A stretch of 32,000 bases of DNA, taken from assembly GCA_963663995.1 (NCBI GenBank), contig OY760660.1, positions 1,320,001-1,352,000 of the forward strand, written 5' to 3'. Position numbers and translations under genes: made by a program. Of the stretch, positions 8,333 through 16,470 are shown piece after piece; position 1 is the first letter of the stretch; every line of letters begins with the position of its first letter. The DNA is from Erysipelotrichaceae bacterium. GTDB taxonomy: Bacteria; Bacillota_I; Bacilli_A; Erysipelotrichales; Erysipelotrichaceae. Below the pieces are notes generated by a model. It made no database searches, was not told the DNA's origin, and worked only from the letters and a program-made list of their open reading frames with translations.

Positions 8333-8350
8333 ATGTTAATATATTAACAA
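8333..8350 (+). promoter_or_regulatory. Rex-box-like operator candidate upstream of the hydrogenase operon
   Basis: ATGTTAATATATTAACAA contains the perfect 16-bp palindrome TGTTAATATATTAACA. It ends 20 nt upstream of the hydC ATG and overlaps TGTTAATAT, an extended -10-like sequence. Confidence 0.45.
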
Positions 8351-8369
8351 ATATGGGAGGTACTAACCT

Positions 8370-8876
8370 ATGACCGCTCGCATCAATGACAAAAGCTTGA
8401 AGACCATCAATAATATTATTCTCAAGCACAAAGACAAATTAGGACCTGTAAAACTGATGTTGCATGATGTCCAACATGACCTTGGCTACATACCCTTTGA
8501 GGCTATGGAAAAGATATCAGTCGCTACAAATACACCTGTAGCAGAAATTTATGGAGTTGTGAGTTTTTATACTCAATTTACAACTGAACCTAAAGGCAAA
8601 CATGTGATTAATATCTGTATGGGTACAGCATGTTATGTAAAAGGATCACAACTTTTATTAGACCGTGTCAGTCTTCTTACCAAAGCACCAATTAATGGAA
8701 CAAGCGAAGATGGCATCTTTTCTTTAGATGCAACTCGCTGTTTAGGGGCTTGTGGACTCGCACCTGCTTGTGTACTTGATGGTCAAGTTTATGGCAATGC
8801 TAACAGTAACAAATCTTTTGAAGAAGAGTTAAAGAAAATTCTGCGCAAGGAGCTTTCTACTCGTGAAACTCACTAA
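8370..8876 (+). CDS. hydC: NuoE-like [2Fe-2S] subunit of NADH-dependent [FeFe] hydrogenase
   Basis: Thioredoxin-like 2Fe-2S pattern (ICMGTACYVKG ... CLGACGLAPA). GGGAGG ribosome-binding site. First gene of the operon. Confidence 0.85.
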   Translation: MTARINDKSLKTINNIILKHKDKLGPVKLMLHDVQHDLGYIPFEAMEKISVATNTPVAEIYGVVSFYTQFTTEPKGKHVINICMGTACYVKGSQLLLDRVSLLTKAPINGTSEDGIFSLDATRCLGACGLAPACVLDGQVYGNANSNKSFEEELKKILRKELSTRETH

Positions 8877-9234
8877 TTTATTAAATTTTATAGAAGCAGA
8901 AGCACTTACACTTCCTGAAGAAACATTTTTAGAGAATGATTTTCTCTATGTCGCAACTTCTGATTTGATGAGTGATTTATTAGCTTTAATTATCGCACCC
9001 TCTGAAAAAACTGTTCTCGTGACAGGATTAGCGAATGGTTCATCCTTAAGAACAGCTGAAATGCTAGATATACAAAATATTATTTATTGTCGCAACAAGC
9101 GCTTGAATAATGATCATGCTCAACTTGCTAAATCAATGGGCATCAATACCTTTAGCACCAAACTACCGATGTTTGATGTGATCGGTATTTTCTATCGAGA
9201 AGGATTACTTACTGCAACCCGTTTGCACAAATGA
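8863..9234 (+). CDS. DRTGG-domain-like protein (GTG start, 14-nt overlap with hydC)
   Basis: VLVTGLANGSSLRTAEMLDIQNIIY resembles the DRTGG core. The assignment is from memory of the family and was not searched. Confidence 0.55.
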   Translation: MKLTNLLNFIEAEALTLPEETFLENDFLYVATSDLMSDLLALIIAPSEKTVLVTGLANGSSLRTAEMLDIQNIIYCRNKRLNNDHAQLAKSMGINTFSTKLPMFDVIGIFYREGLLTATRLHK

Positions 9235-9665
9235 AACTTAGAACCTTTCCAATAGCGGCAAACGACTACAATAATGCCGGCACTGTATCTAGCGAACTTA
9301 AAAAATGGGCAAAGCGACAAGAATATGATCCTGTCTTCATACGACGATTTGCGATTGCTTGTTATGAAGCAGAGATTAATACCATTATTCATTCTAAAGG
9401 TGGTGTAGCCATCTTAGATTTAGATGATACTTATATCAATATTATTTTCCAAGATTTTGGACCTGGGATTGAAGATATTGAATTAGCGATGACTGTTGGT
9501 TATTCATCAGCCAGTGAGACTGCTCAAGCAATGGGTTTTGGTGCAGGTTTGGGTCTAAATAACATCAAGAAGAACGTAGACAAATTTAAACTTGAGTCTT
9601 GTTGTGAAGGAACACGTTTAACAATTGGGTTTAAGCGAATGGAGGCACTACATGAAGATCAATGA
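9231..9665 (+). CDS. RsbW/SpoIIAB-like GHKL ATPase (anti-sigma-factor-type serine kinase fold)
   Basis: N-box YEAEINTIIHS, G1 DFGPGI, G2 GFGAGLGL. ATGA overlap with the upstream gene. Confidence 0.7.
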   Translation: MKLRTFPIAANDYNNAGTVSSELKKWAKRQEYDPVFIRRFAIACYEAEINTIIHSKGGVAILDLDDTYINIIFQDFGPGIEDIELAMTVGYSSASETAQAMGFGAGLGLNNIKKNVDKFKLESCCEGTRLTIGFKRMEALHEDQ

Positions 9666-9978
9666 ATTAATTAAAGAAACAAAATGGAAACATAGCGGTT
9701 CTGATAAAAACACTGAGATTAGCGGAATCTTTGTCGGTGATTTACTTTCTTATGTCATGGGGCATGGACAAGAACGTCAAGTTTGGATCACCATGCAAAA
9801 TCATGTGAACGCCATTGGTGTCGCAAATCTAAAAGAGTTTGCAGCGATTATCTTAATTGATTCATTAGAATTTGATGAAGACTGTCTTAAAAAGGCAAAA
9901 GCTTCACATGTCTCAATTCTTACCAGTCCTTTAAACGCCGTTGATACGATCAGATCCCTTATCGATTTAGGTTTGTAG
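9652..9978 (+). CDS. Second DRTGG-like small protein
   Basis: The start is moved to the ATG at 9652, where GGAGG lies 6 nt upstream, giving a 14-nt overlap with the upstream gene. GDLLSYVM ... WITMQNHVNAIGVA pattern. Confidence 0.5.
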   Translation: MKINELIKETKWKHSGSDKNTEISGIFVGDLLSYVMGHGQERQVWITMQNHVNAIGVANLKEFAAIILIDSLEFDEDCLKKAKASHVSILTSPLNAVDTIRSLIDLGL

Positions 9979-9979
9979 T

Positions 9980-10663
9980 ATGAAATACGACTTGCACATA
10001 CACTCTGGTTTATCCCCTTGTGCTGAGGATGAAATGAGTCCTAACAATATTGTGCAGATGGCAAAACTACATCAACTTCAATTGATCTCTGTATGTGATC
10101 ATAATTCAAGCCTTCAACAAGCTCTTATTTCCAAAATAGCTAAAAAACATCATATTGACTATTGGTTTGGAATAGAAATTTGTAGTAAAGAAGATGTCCA
10201 TATCTTGGCTTACTTCAAAAAATTAGAACATATACAAAATTTACAATCCGTTATTAATACTTATATGACAAAGATTGAAAATAAAAGTGATATCTTTGGA
10301 CATCAAATCATCTATGACGAAAATGATCGTCGTATTGATGAAGTTAAAGTGCTACTCTTATCTGCCTTAAATCTTTCCTTAGAAGAATGTATTTATCTGA
10401 TTCATAAGAATCGTGGTAAAGCAGTTCTCGCTCATATCTATGGAAGAGAGAATGGTGTTATTCAACAGTTAGGATTTATTCCTCAAGATATCTATATTGA
10501 TGGGGTAGAAGTCACAAAGACTGAAGACATCAAACGCTTTGAAGAAGAATATCCACAGTATGCTAACTTACCAATCTTTATGAACTCAGATGCACATCGT
10601 TTATCCGATATTATCAAGGATCATCATGATTTGCCTTCATCTGCCCATTGGTTTCGAAAATGA
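9980..10663 (+). CDS. PHP-domain metal-dependent phosphoesterase
   Basis: YDLHIHSGLSPC ... SVCDHNS ... AHIYG ... NSDAH, typical PHP metal-binding motifs. Confidence 0.8.
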   Translation: MKYDLHIHSGLSPCAEDEMSPNNIVQMAKLHQLQLISVCDHNSSLQQALISKIAKKHHIDYWFGIEICSKEDVHILAYFKKLEHIQNLQSVINTYMTKIENKSDIFGHQIIYDENDRRIDEVKVLLLSALNLSLEECIYLIHKNRGKAVLAHIYGRENGVIQQLGFIPQDIYIDGVEVTKTEDIKRFEEEYPQYANLPIFMNSDAHRLSDIIKDHHDLPSSAHWFRK

Positions 10664-11181
10664 AAGATCTTGCTGAAGTCAGTTTAGAGCTCTTAATTAA
10701 TGCTTGTGAAGCTAAAGCCTCATACATTGATTTCGAACTAAATTTAGATCACACCAACAAACTAATCATTAAAGATAACGGCTGTGGGATAGCTGAAGAA
10801 GATTTAAAAGATATCACATCACCTTTTAAAACAAATCGAGAAACAAGAGACTGTGGCTTTGGTTTAGCTTTCTTTGCTCAAGCCATACAACAAGCCGATG
10901 GTGTCTATGAAATTAGAAGTGTTGTCAATCAAGGCACAAGCATCGAAGCATCATGGAATGCTAATCATATCGATGCTCTACCACTTGGCAATATTGGTGA
11001 AAGCATTGCTTTATGTCTACAACGAAATCCAGATTTAGATTTAAACTTTACGCTACGACATTTATCATCTATCAAAACATTTCGTAGCTGTGAAGTAAAA
11101 GAAGCCATTCATCCACTTTCAATTAGCGATATTGAAGTACTTAAGTGGATTGAAAATACAATTAATTCACTTTTTATTTGA
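10660..11181 (+). CDS. GHKL (histidine-kinase-like) ATPase, stand-alone
   Basis: ELLINACEA (N-box), DNGCGI (G1), GFGLAFF (G2). The ATG at 10660 forms an ATGA overlap with the PHP gene stop. The track start at 10648 is a TTG. Confidence 0.7.
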   Translation: MKDLAEVSLELLINACEAKASYIDFELNLDHTNKLIIKDNGCGIAEEDLKDITSPFKTNRETRDCGFGLAFFAQAIQQADGVYEIRSVVNQGTSIEASWNANHIDALPLGNIGESIALCLQRNPDLDLNFTLRHLSSIKTFRSCEVKEAIHPLSISDIEVLKWIENTINSLFI

Positions 11182-11199
11182 TTAGAAAGGAGACTATAA

Positions 11200-11580
11200 A
11201 TGAAAAGCTTAGAAGAATTAAACAAAATTCGTGAACAAGCCTTAAAACGCGTTAATTTAAGACAAGATTCACAAGACAAGTATCGTATCCTGGTCGGTAT
11301 GGCCACCTGTGGGATAGCCTCAGGTGCACGTCCTGTATTAAAAGAATTTATGAAGTGTATCGATAAAGATCCACAAGCTGTGACTGTTTCACAAACAGGT
11401 TGTGTTGGCATGTGTCAATTTGAACCTATTGTCGAAGTCATTGACCAAGAAGGTGAAAAAACAACCTACTTTAAAGTCAATCCAGATAAGGCCAAAGAAA
11501 TCTATTATGAACACATTAAAAATGGACATGTGATTGTTGAATATACACAAGCTCATTATTTAAAAGAAAGTGAGGATTAA
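11200..11580 (+). CDS. Thioredoxin-like [2Fe-2S] ferredoxin (HydD-like accessory subunit)
   Basis: MATCGIASGA ... GCVGMCQFEP pattern. AGGAG ribosome-binding site. Confidence 0.75.
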   Translation: MKSLEELNKIREQALKRVNLRQDSQDKYRILVGMATCGIASGARPVLKEFMKCIDKDPQAVTVSQTGCVGMCQFEPIVEVIDQEGEKTTYFKVNPDKAKEIYYEHIKNGHVIVEYTQAHYLKESED

Positions 11581-11582
11581 GT

Positions 11583-13379
11583 ATGGAACGGACACATATC
11601 CTTGTTTGTGCAGGAACGGGCTGTACTTCATCTAGTTCACTAGAAATTGTAAAGAGATTTGAAAAAGGTTTAATTCATCGTCATTTAGAAGATGAAGTTA
11701 AAGTAGTTCGTACCGGATGTTTTGGTCTGTGTCAAAAAGGACCTATTGTAGCGATTCATCCAGATCGAGTCTTCTATAATCATGTTTCCATTAAAGATGT
11801 TGATGAAATCTTAGATGAGCACATCTATAAAGGTCGACCAGTACAGCGATTAATGATTAATGATATTGATGAAGAAACTGAAAATAAAATCTTTGATTTT
11901 AACAAGATTCGCTTTTACGCTAAACAACATCGTATTGTTTTAAAGAACTGTGGTGTCATTAATCCTGAGGATATCACTGAATATATTGCGATGGATGGTT
12001 ATCAAGCTTTAGGTAAAGTTCTAACGACTTTCACTCCACAAGAAACAATCGATGAAATCACTAAGAGTGGTTTAAGAGGTCGTGGTGGTGGTGGGTTCCC
12101 AACCGGTAAGAAATGGCAATTCGCAGCGGACCAAAAAAATGATGATAAATACGTTATCTGTAATGCTGATGAAGGTGATCCAGGAGCTTTTATGGATCGT
12201 TCTGTTTTAGAAGGTGATCCTCATTGTGTCTTAGAAGCTATGGCTATTGCTGGTTATGCGATTGGTGCTCATACCGGTTATGTCTATATTCGAGCTGAAT
12301 ATCCGATTGCCGTTGAACGTTTGAAAATCGCAATCGCTCAAGCTCATGAATATGGTTTATTAGGAAAGAATATCTTAGGCTCAAACTTTAACTTTGATAT
12401 TGAAATAAGACTTGGAGCAGGTGCCTTTGTCTGTGGTGAAGAAACAGCGTTAATCGCATCGATTGAATCAAGACGTGGTATGCCATCCGTAAAACCTCCA
12501 TTTCCTGCTGTTAAAGGTGTTTGGGGTAAACCAACCATTATTAATAATGTTGAAACATTCGCTAATATCTGTCCAATTATTCGTCGTGGATCATCATGGT
12601 TTGCCTCTATTGGAACTGAGAAATCTAAAGGAACCAAAGTTTTTGCCTTAGGTGGCAAGATTAAAAATACGGGTCTAGTAGAAGTTCCAATGGGAACAAG
12701 TTTACGAGATGTAATCTATGAAATAGGTGGTGGGATTCCCGATAATAAGAACTTTAAAGCTGTTCAAACTGGCGGTCCTTCCGGTGGTTGTTTAACTGAA
12801 GATCATCTAGATACTCCGATTGATTTTGATAATCTTATTGCCTTAGGTTCAATGATGGGATCGGGTGGCATGATTGTCTTAGATGAAGATAATTGTATGG
12901 TTGATGTAGCACGTTTCTATATGGACTTTATCGTTGATGAATCCTGTGGAAAATGTACACCCTGTCGTATAGGAACAAAGAGAATGTTGGAATGTCTTGA
13001 AAGTATTTGTGAAGGCACTGCTACGATGGAAACTTTAACTGAGTTAGAAGATTTAGCGGCTCACGTTAAAGTCAATTCACTGTGTGGTTTAGGACAAACT
13101 GCTCCTAATCCAGTTCTATCAACTTTACGTTTATTTAAAGATGAATACTTGGCACATGTCGTTGATAAAACATGTCCTGCTCATGTATGTAAGAATCTAT
13201 TATCCTATGTGATAAATCCAGACTTATGTCGTAAATGTGGAATTTGTGCTAAGGGCTGTCCTACTTCAGCCATCTCAGGTGTATTAGGTAAAGAACCCTA
13301 TGTTATTGATGAAGAAAAATGTATACGCTGTGGAGCATGTATAACAAATTGCCCATTCGAAGTGATTGAAAGAATATAA
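11583..13379 (+). CDS. hydB: NuoF-like NADH/FMN-binding subunit of bifurcating [FeFe] hydrogenase
   Basis: N-terminal 2Fe-2S domain, GRGGGGFPTGKKW FMN/NADH site, ESCGKCTPCR 4Fe-4S motif, and a C-terminal 2x[4Fe-4S] ferredoxin domain (CRKCGICAKGCP, CIRCGACITNCP). Confidence 0.9.
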   Translation: MERTHILVCAGTGCTSSSSLEIVKRFEKGLIHRHLEDEVKVVRTGCFGLCQKGPIVAIHPDRVFYNHVSIKDVDEILDEHIYKGRPVQRLMINDIDEETENKIFDFNKIRFYAKQHRIVLKNCGVINPEDITEYIAMDGYQALGKVLTTFTPQETIDEITKSGLRGRGGGGFPTGKKWQFAADQKNDDKYVICNADEGDPGAFMDRSVLEGDPHCVLEAMAIAGYAIGAHTGYVYIRAEYPIAVERLKIAIAQAHEYGLLGKNILGSNFNFDIEIRLGAGAFVCGEETALIASIESRRGMPSVKPPFPAVKGVWGKPTIINNVETFANICPIIRRGSSWFASIGTEKSKGTKVFALGGKIKNTGLVEVPMGTSLRDVIYEIGGGIPDNKNFKAVQTGGPSGGCLTEDHLDTPIDFDNLIALGSMMGSGGMIVLDEDNCMVDVARFYMDFIVDESCGKCTPCRIGTKRMLECLESICEGTATMETLTELEDLAAHVKVNSLCGLGQTAPNPVLSTLRLFKDEYLAHVVDKTCPAHVCKNLLSYVINPDLCRKCGICAKGCPTSAISGVLGKEPYVIDEEKCIRCGACITNCPFEVIERI

Positions 13380-13388
13380 GGAGGGAAA

Positions 13389-15158
13389 ATGATGAAAAAA
13401 GTAAATATAAGCATTAATCATAAAAACTATGAAGTCGACTCAAATTTAACTGTTCTTGAAGCAGCTCGAAGTGTTGGCATTAGCATTCCTACCTTATGTT
13501 TCTTAAAAGATATCAATGAGACTAGTGCTTGTCGTGTTTGTGTGGTTGAAGTCAAAAATGCCCGTAGTTTAGTCACTGCTTGTTCATATCCTGTAACTGA
13601 GGGTATGGAAGTTTTGACCCATAGTGGAAAAGTCATTGATTCACGTAAGAAAACTGTTGAGCTTATCTTATCTAATCATTCCAAAGATTGTTTAGCATGT
13701 GTACGTAATCAAAACTGTGAACTACAAAATATTAGCCAAGATTTAAACATTCGTGATATTCCGTTTCAAAATGGGGCTAAGACAAGCCCTACCTTTGATG
13801 AAGTAGCTGATGGAATCGTTAGAGATACCTCTAAATGTATCTTATGTGGTCGTTGTATTGAGATGTGCAAACAAGCTCAAGGTTTAGGGATATTAAACTT
13901 TATTGGACGTGGTTTTGAGACAAAAGTAGGTCCTGTATTTGACGCCAGTTTTAATGATGTGAACTGTATGCAATGTGGTCAATGTGTCACAGTTTGTCCG
14001 GTTGGTGCTTTAAGTGAAAAAGAAGAAATACACAATGTGATTAATGCCTTAAATGATCCACAAAAAACAGTTGTGGTACAAACGGCACCCGCCATACGTG
14101 CTAGTTTAGGTGAAGAATTTAATATGCCAATTGGTTCACGTGTGACTGGGAAAATGGTAAGTGCTTTAAGACGTATTGGATTTGATCGTGTTTATGATAC
14201 AAATTACGCTGCAGATTTAACCATCATGGAGGAAGGTACAGAGTTTATCCATCGTTTTAAAGATGGTGGTACGCTTCCACTGATTACATCTTGTTCTCCT
14301 GGATGGATTAGATACATGGAATATGAATACCCTGATCTTATCCCCAATATTTCAAGCTGTAAGAGTCCACATATGATGTTTGGAGCTATTCTAAAGTCTT
14401 ACTTTGCTGAAACTAAAGAATTAAACCCTGATGATGTTTATGTGGTTTCAATAATGCCTTGTACTGCCAAAAAGGTCGAAAAAAATCGAATCGATGAACA
14501 TATGGAAAGAGTCGATGTTGATGCTGTACTGACCACCAGAGAATTAGGTAAACTGATTAAACTCTATGGTTTAGATTTTGTGAACTTACCTGATGAAGAA
14601 TTTGACCAAGATATGTTTGGTGAATACACCGGTGCCGCTGCTTTGTTTGGGGCATCAGGTGGTGTTATGGAAGCAGCTCTTAGAACTGTGACTGAAATCT
14701 TAACCGAAAAACCTTTAGATAATGTCGACTTTGAAATCGTAAGAGGACATGAAGGTGTTAAAGAAGCTACTTTAGATATTAATGGGACTGAAGTAAGAGT
14801 CGCCGTTGCCCATAGTATGAAACTCGCAAAACCACTACTCGATCAAATAAGAGCTGGTACTTCTCCTTATGCCTTTATTGAAATCATGGGATGTCCTGGT
14901 GGGTGCATAAATGGTGGTGGTCAATCAATCGTTAGTGCGAATGTACGTAATCGTATTGGAAATGACTATATGAGACTTAGGGCGAACGCTATGTATGATG
15001 AAGATAAATCCAGAACTTATCGTAAATCGCATGAAAACAAGCAAGTTCAAGAGCTCTATGATAATTTCTTGGAAAAACCAGGTTCTCATATCGCCCATAA
15101 TTTACTCCATACACATTACAGTGCAAAAGACCGTTATAAAGTCTTTAGAAATGATTAA
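13389..15158 (+). CDS. hydA: [FeFe] hydrogenase catalytic subunit (CpI-like architecture)
   Basis: N-terminal 2Fe-2S, His-ligated 4Fe-4S (HSKDCLACVRNQNC) and two ferredoxin 4Fe-4S motifs. H-cluster motifs TSCSPGW (variant), MPCTAKKVE and EIMGCPGGCINGGGQ. Confidence 0.9.
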   Translation: MMKKVNISINHKNYEVDSNLTVLEAARSVGISIPTLCFLKDINETSACRVCVVEVKNARSLVTACSYPVTEGMEVLTHSGKVIDSRKKTVELILSNHSKDCLACVRNQNCELQNISQDLNIRDIPFQNGAKTSPTFDEVADGIVRDTSKCILCGRCIEMCKQAQGLGILNFIGRGFETKVGPVFDASFNDVNCMQCGQCVTVCPVGALSEKEEIHNVINALNDPQKTVVVQTAPAIRASLGEEFNMPIGSRVTGKMVSALRRIGFDRVYDTNYAADLTIMEEGTEFIHRFKDGGTLPLITSCSPGWIRYMEYEYPDLIPNISSCKSPHMMFGAILKSYFAETKELNPDDVYVVSIMPCTAKKVEKNRIDEHMERVDVDAVLTTRELGKLIKLYGLDFVNLPDEEFDQDMFGEYTGAAALFGASGGVMEAALRTVTEILTEKPLDNVDFEIVRGHEGVKEATLDINGTEVRVAVAHSMKLAKPLLDQIRAGTSPYAFIEIMGCPGGCINGGGQSIVSANVRNRIGNDYMRLRANAMYDEDKSRTYRKSHENKQVQELYDNFLEKPGSHIAHNLLHTHYSAKDRYKVFRND

Positions 15159-15177
15159 ACGCCTTCGGGCGTTTTTT
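15158..15177 (+). terminator. Rho-independent terminator of the hydrogenase operon
   Basis: AACGCC-ttcg-GGCGTT followed by TTTT. Confidence 0.75.
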
Positions 15178-15191
15178 GATATGCTTATCTT

Positions 15192-16226
15192 ATGAACATT
15201 AGAAAATTACAAAATACGATTAAGGCACCAACCTTAATTACAGATGCGAAAATGATTGATTATTTAATTGGAGAATCGTTTCATGTAAGTGAGCGCTTCT
15301 TAGGACTGCTTGTGGAAGAAGAAAGTGTAAAACTCTTTTTAAATAATCTCTTTCCAACAAAGCTAAAAGATTTAACAATCATTCGTTTTAGTGATACTGA
15401 TAATATTGTTGAAATATTGGGTCAACACATCAGTCATAAAACGCTGCATGTAGACAAAAACTTAAGAGCAGAGTTCTTGCTTAAGCTGATGAGAGCTTAT
15501 CCTCACTTAGATGTACACTTAGACACAGTCGCTGATTTAGTTAGAAGCATCAAAGATAGCGATGAGAGAGAAAAGATGCGCAGAGCCTCTCAAATCAACG
15601 ATAGTGTTATGGCTAAAGTCCCTTATCTATTAAAAGTGGGCATAAGTGAGAAAGATGTCGCCATTGCGATTGAGAAGCTCTTCATTGATGAAGGAGCTGA
15701 TGACGCTAGTTTTGGCAGTATCGTTGCCTTTGGTGATCATTGCGCTGATCCACACGCCATGCCAAGTGAAAGAACACTCAAAGAAAATGAATCGATCATC
15801 ATTGATATGGGTTGTATCAAAGATGGATATTGTTCAGACATGACACGTACTTTCTTTGTAAAATCTAATCCTTACGCAGACATCTATAATCTTGTCAAAC
15901 AAGCTAATCTTGCTGCTGAAGCAATCATCAAACCAGGCGTAAAGTTTTGTGATATAGATAAAGCTGCTCGTGATGTGATAGAAAAAGCAGGTTATGCTGA
16001 GTATTTTATTCACCGAACAGGACATGGTATAGGAAAAGATGTTCATGAACCCTATGATGTTTCCTCAAGTATTACGATGGAAGTTAAAGAAGGCATGTGT
16101 TTCTCAATCGAACCTGGAATCTATTTAGAAGGACAAGTTGGGGTAAGAATTGAAGATTTAGTCCTTGTCACAAGCACTGGTTGTGAAGTCTTAAATCACT
16201 ATCCAAAGGATCAAGAAATCATCTAA
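15192..16226 (+). CDS. M24-family Xaa-Pro peptidase
   Basis: DMGC..DGYCSDMTRTF, HRTGHGIG, SIEPGIY and GVRIEDLV metal-ligand motifs. Confidence 0.85.
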   Translation: MNIRKLQNTIKAPTLITDAKMIDYLIGESFHVSERFLGLLVEEESVKLFLNNLFPTKLKDLTIIRFSDTDNIVEILGQHISHKTLHVDKNLRAEFLLKLMRAYPHLDVHLDTVADLVRSIKDSDEREKMRRASQINDSVMAKVPYLLKVGISEKDVAIAIEKLFIDEGADDASFGSIVAFGDHCADPHAMPSERTLKENESIIIDMGCIKDGYCSDMTRTFFVKSNPYADIYNLVKQANLAAEAIIKPGVKFCDIDKAARDVIEKAGYAEYFIHRTGHGIGKDVHEPYDVSSSITMEVKEGMCFSIEPGIYLEGQVGVRIEDLVLVTSTGCEVLNHYPKDQEII

Positions 16227-16235
16227 TAGTAAAAA

Positions 16236-16256
16236 AAAGACCATTACGGTCTTTTT
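16236..16256 (+). terminator. Rho-independent terminator
   Basis: AAAGACC-attac-GGTCTTT followed by TT. Confidence 0.7.
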
Positions 16257-16261
16257 AGTTT

Positions 16262-16320
16262 TAGGGGGGTTGGTACTGTTTGGGTGGGGGAAGTCAGTAC
16301 CAACACAGGTAACTACCTGC
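16262..16320. other. G-rich structured element (two adjacent hairpins) in a convergent intergenic region; candidate small RNA
   Basis: GTTGGTACTG (16269-16278) and CAGTACCAAC (16295-16304) form a perfect 10-bp stem around the G-rich loop TTTGGGTGGGGGAAGT. CAGG-taacta-CCTG follows at 16306-16319. Confidence 0.3.
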
Positions 16321-16470
16321 ACTATTATTATACACATTTTATGACAAATTTCAGTAAAATTCATTCTACTTTCACTAAATAAGTGAAAACTGTCTAAATC
16401 GTTATAGGTGTTTATACTTAATAACTTACTTTTTATTATAAAAAACTAAAATGTTTCGCTAAATATAAAT

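Noticed and set aside
9192-13636. Minus-strand ORFs 9192-9392, 11109-11411, 12344-12658 and 13427-13636 within the hydrogenase operon
   Set aside because: All are antisense to genes with clear cofactor motifs. None has a start context or a recognisable domain.
14995-16046. ORFs 14995-15195 (+), 15646-15843 (+) and 15834-16046 (-)
   Set aside because: They are alternative-frame or antisense ORFs inside hydA and the M24 peptidase gene, with no independent support.
16264-16290. G-quadruplex reading of the G-rich tract GGGGGG..GG..GGG.GGGGG
   Set aside because: Only three runs of three or more G are available without zero-length loops. The flanking perfect 10-bp stem explains the region better.
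16370-16391. Palindrome TTTCACT-aaata-AGTGAAA, and the 12-mer TAAGTGAAAACT shared with 8321-8332 upstream of hydC
   Set aside because: These are AT-rich short matches expected by chance in 32 kb. There is no adjacent promoter or gene start at 16370, and the half-site orientation is opposite to Rex/CRP-type boxes.
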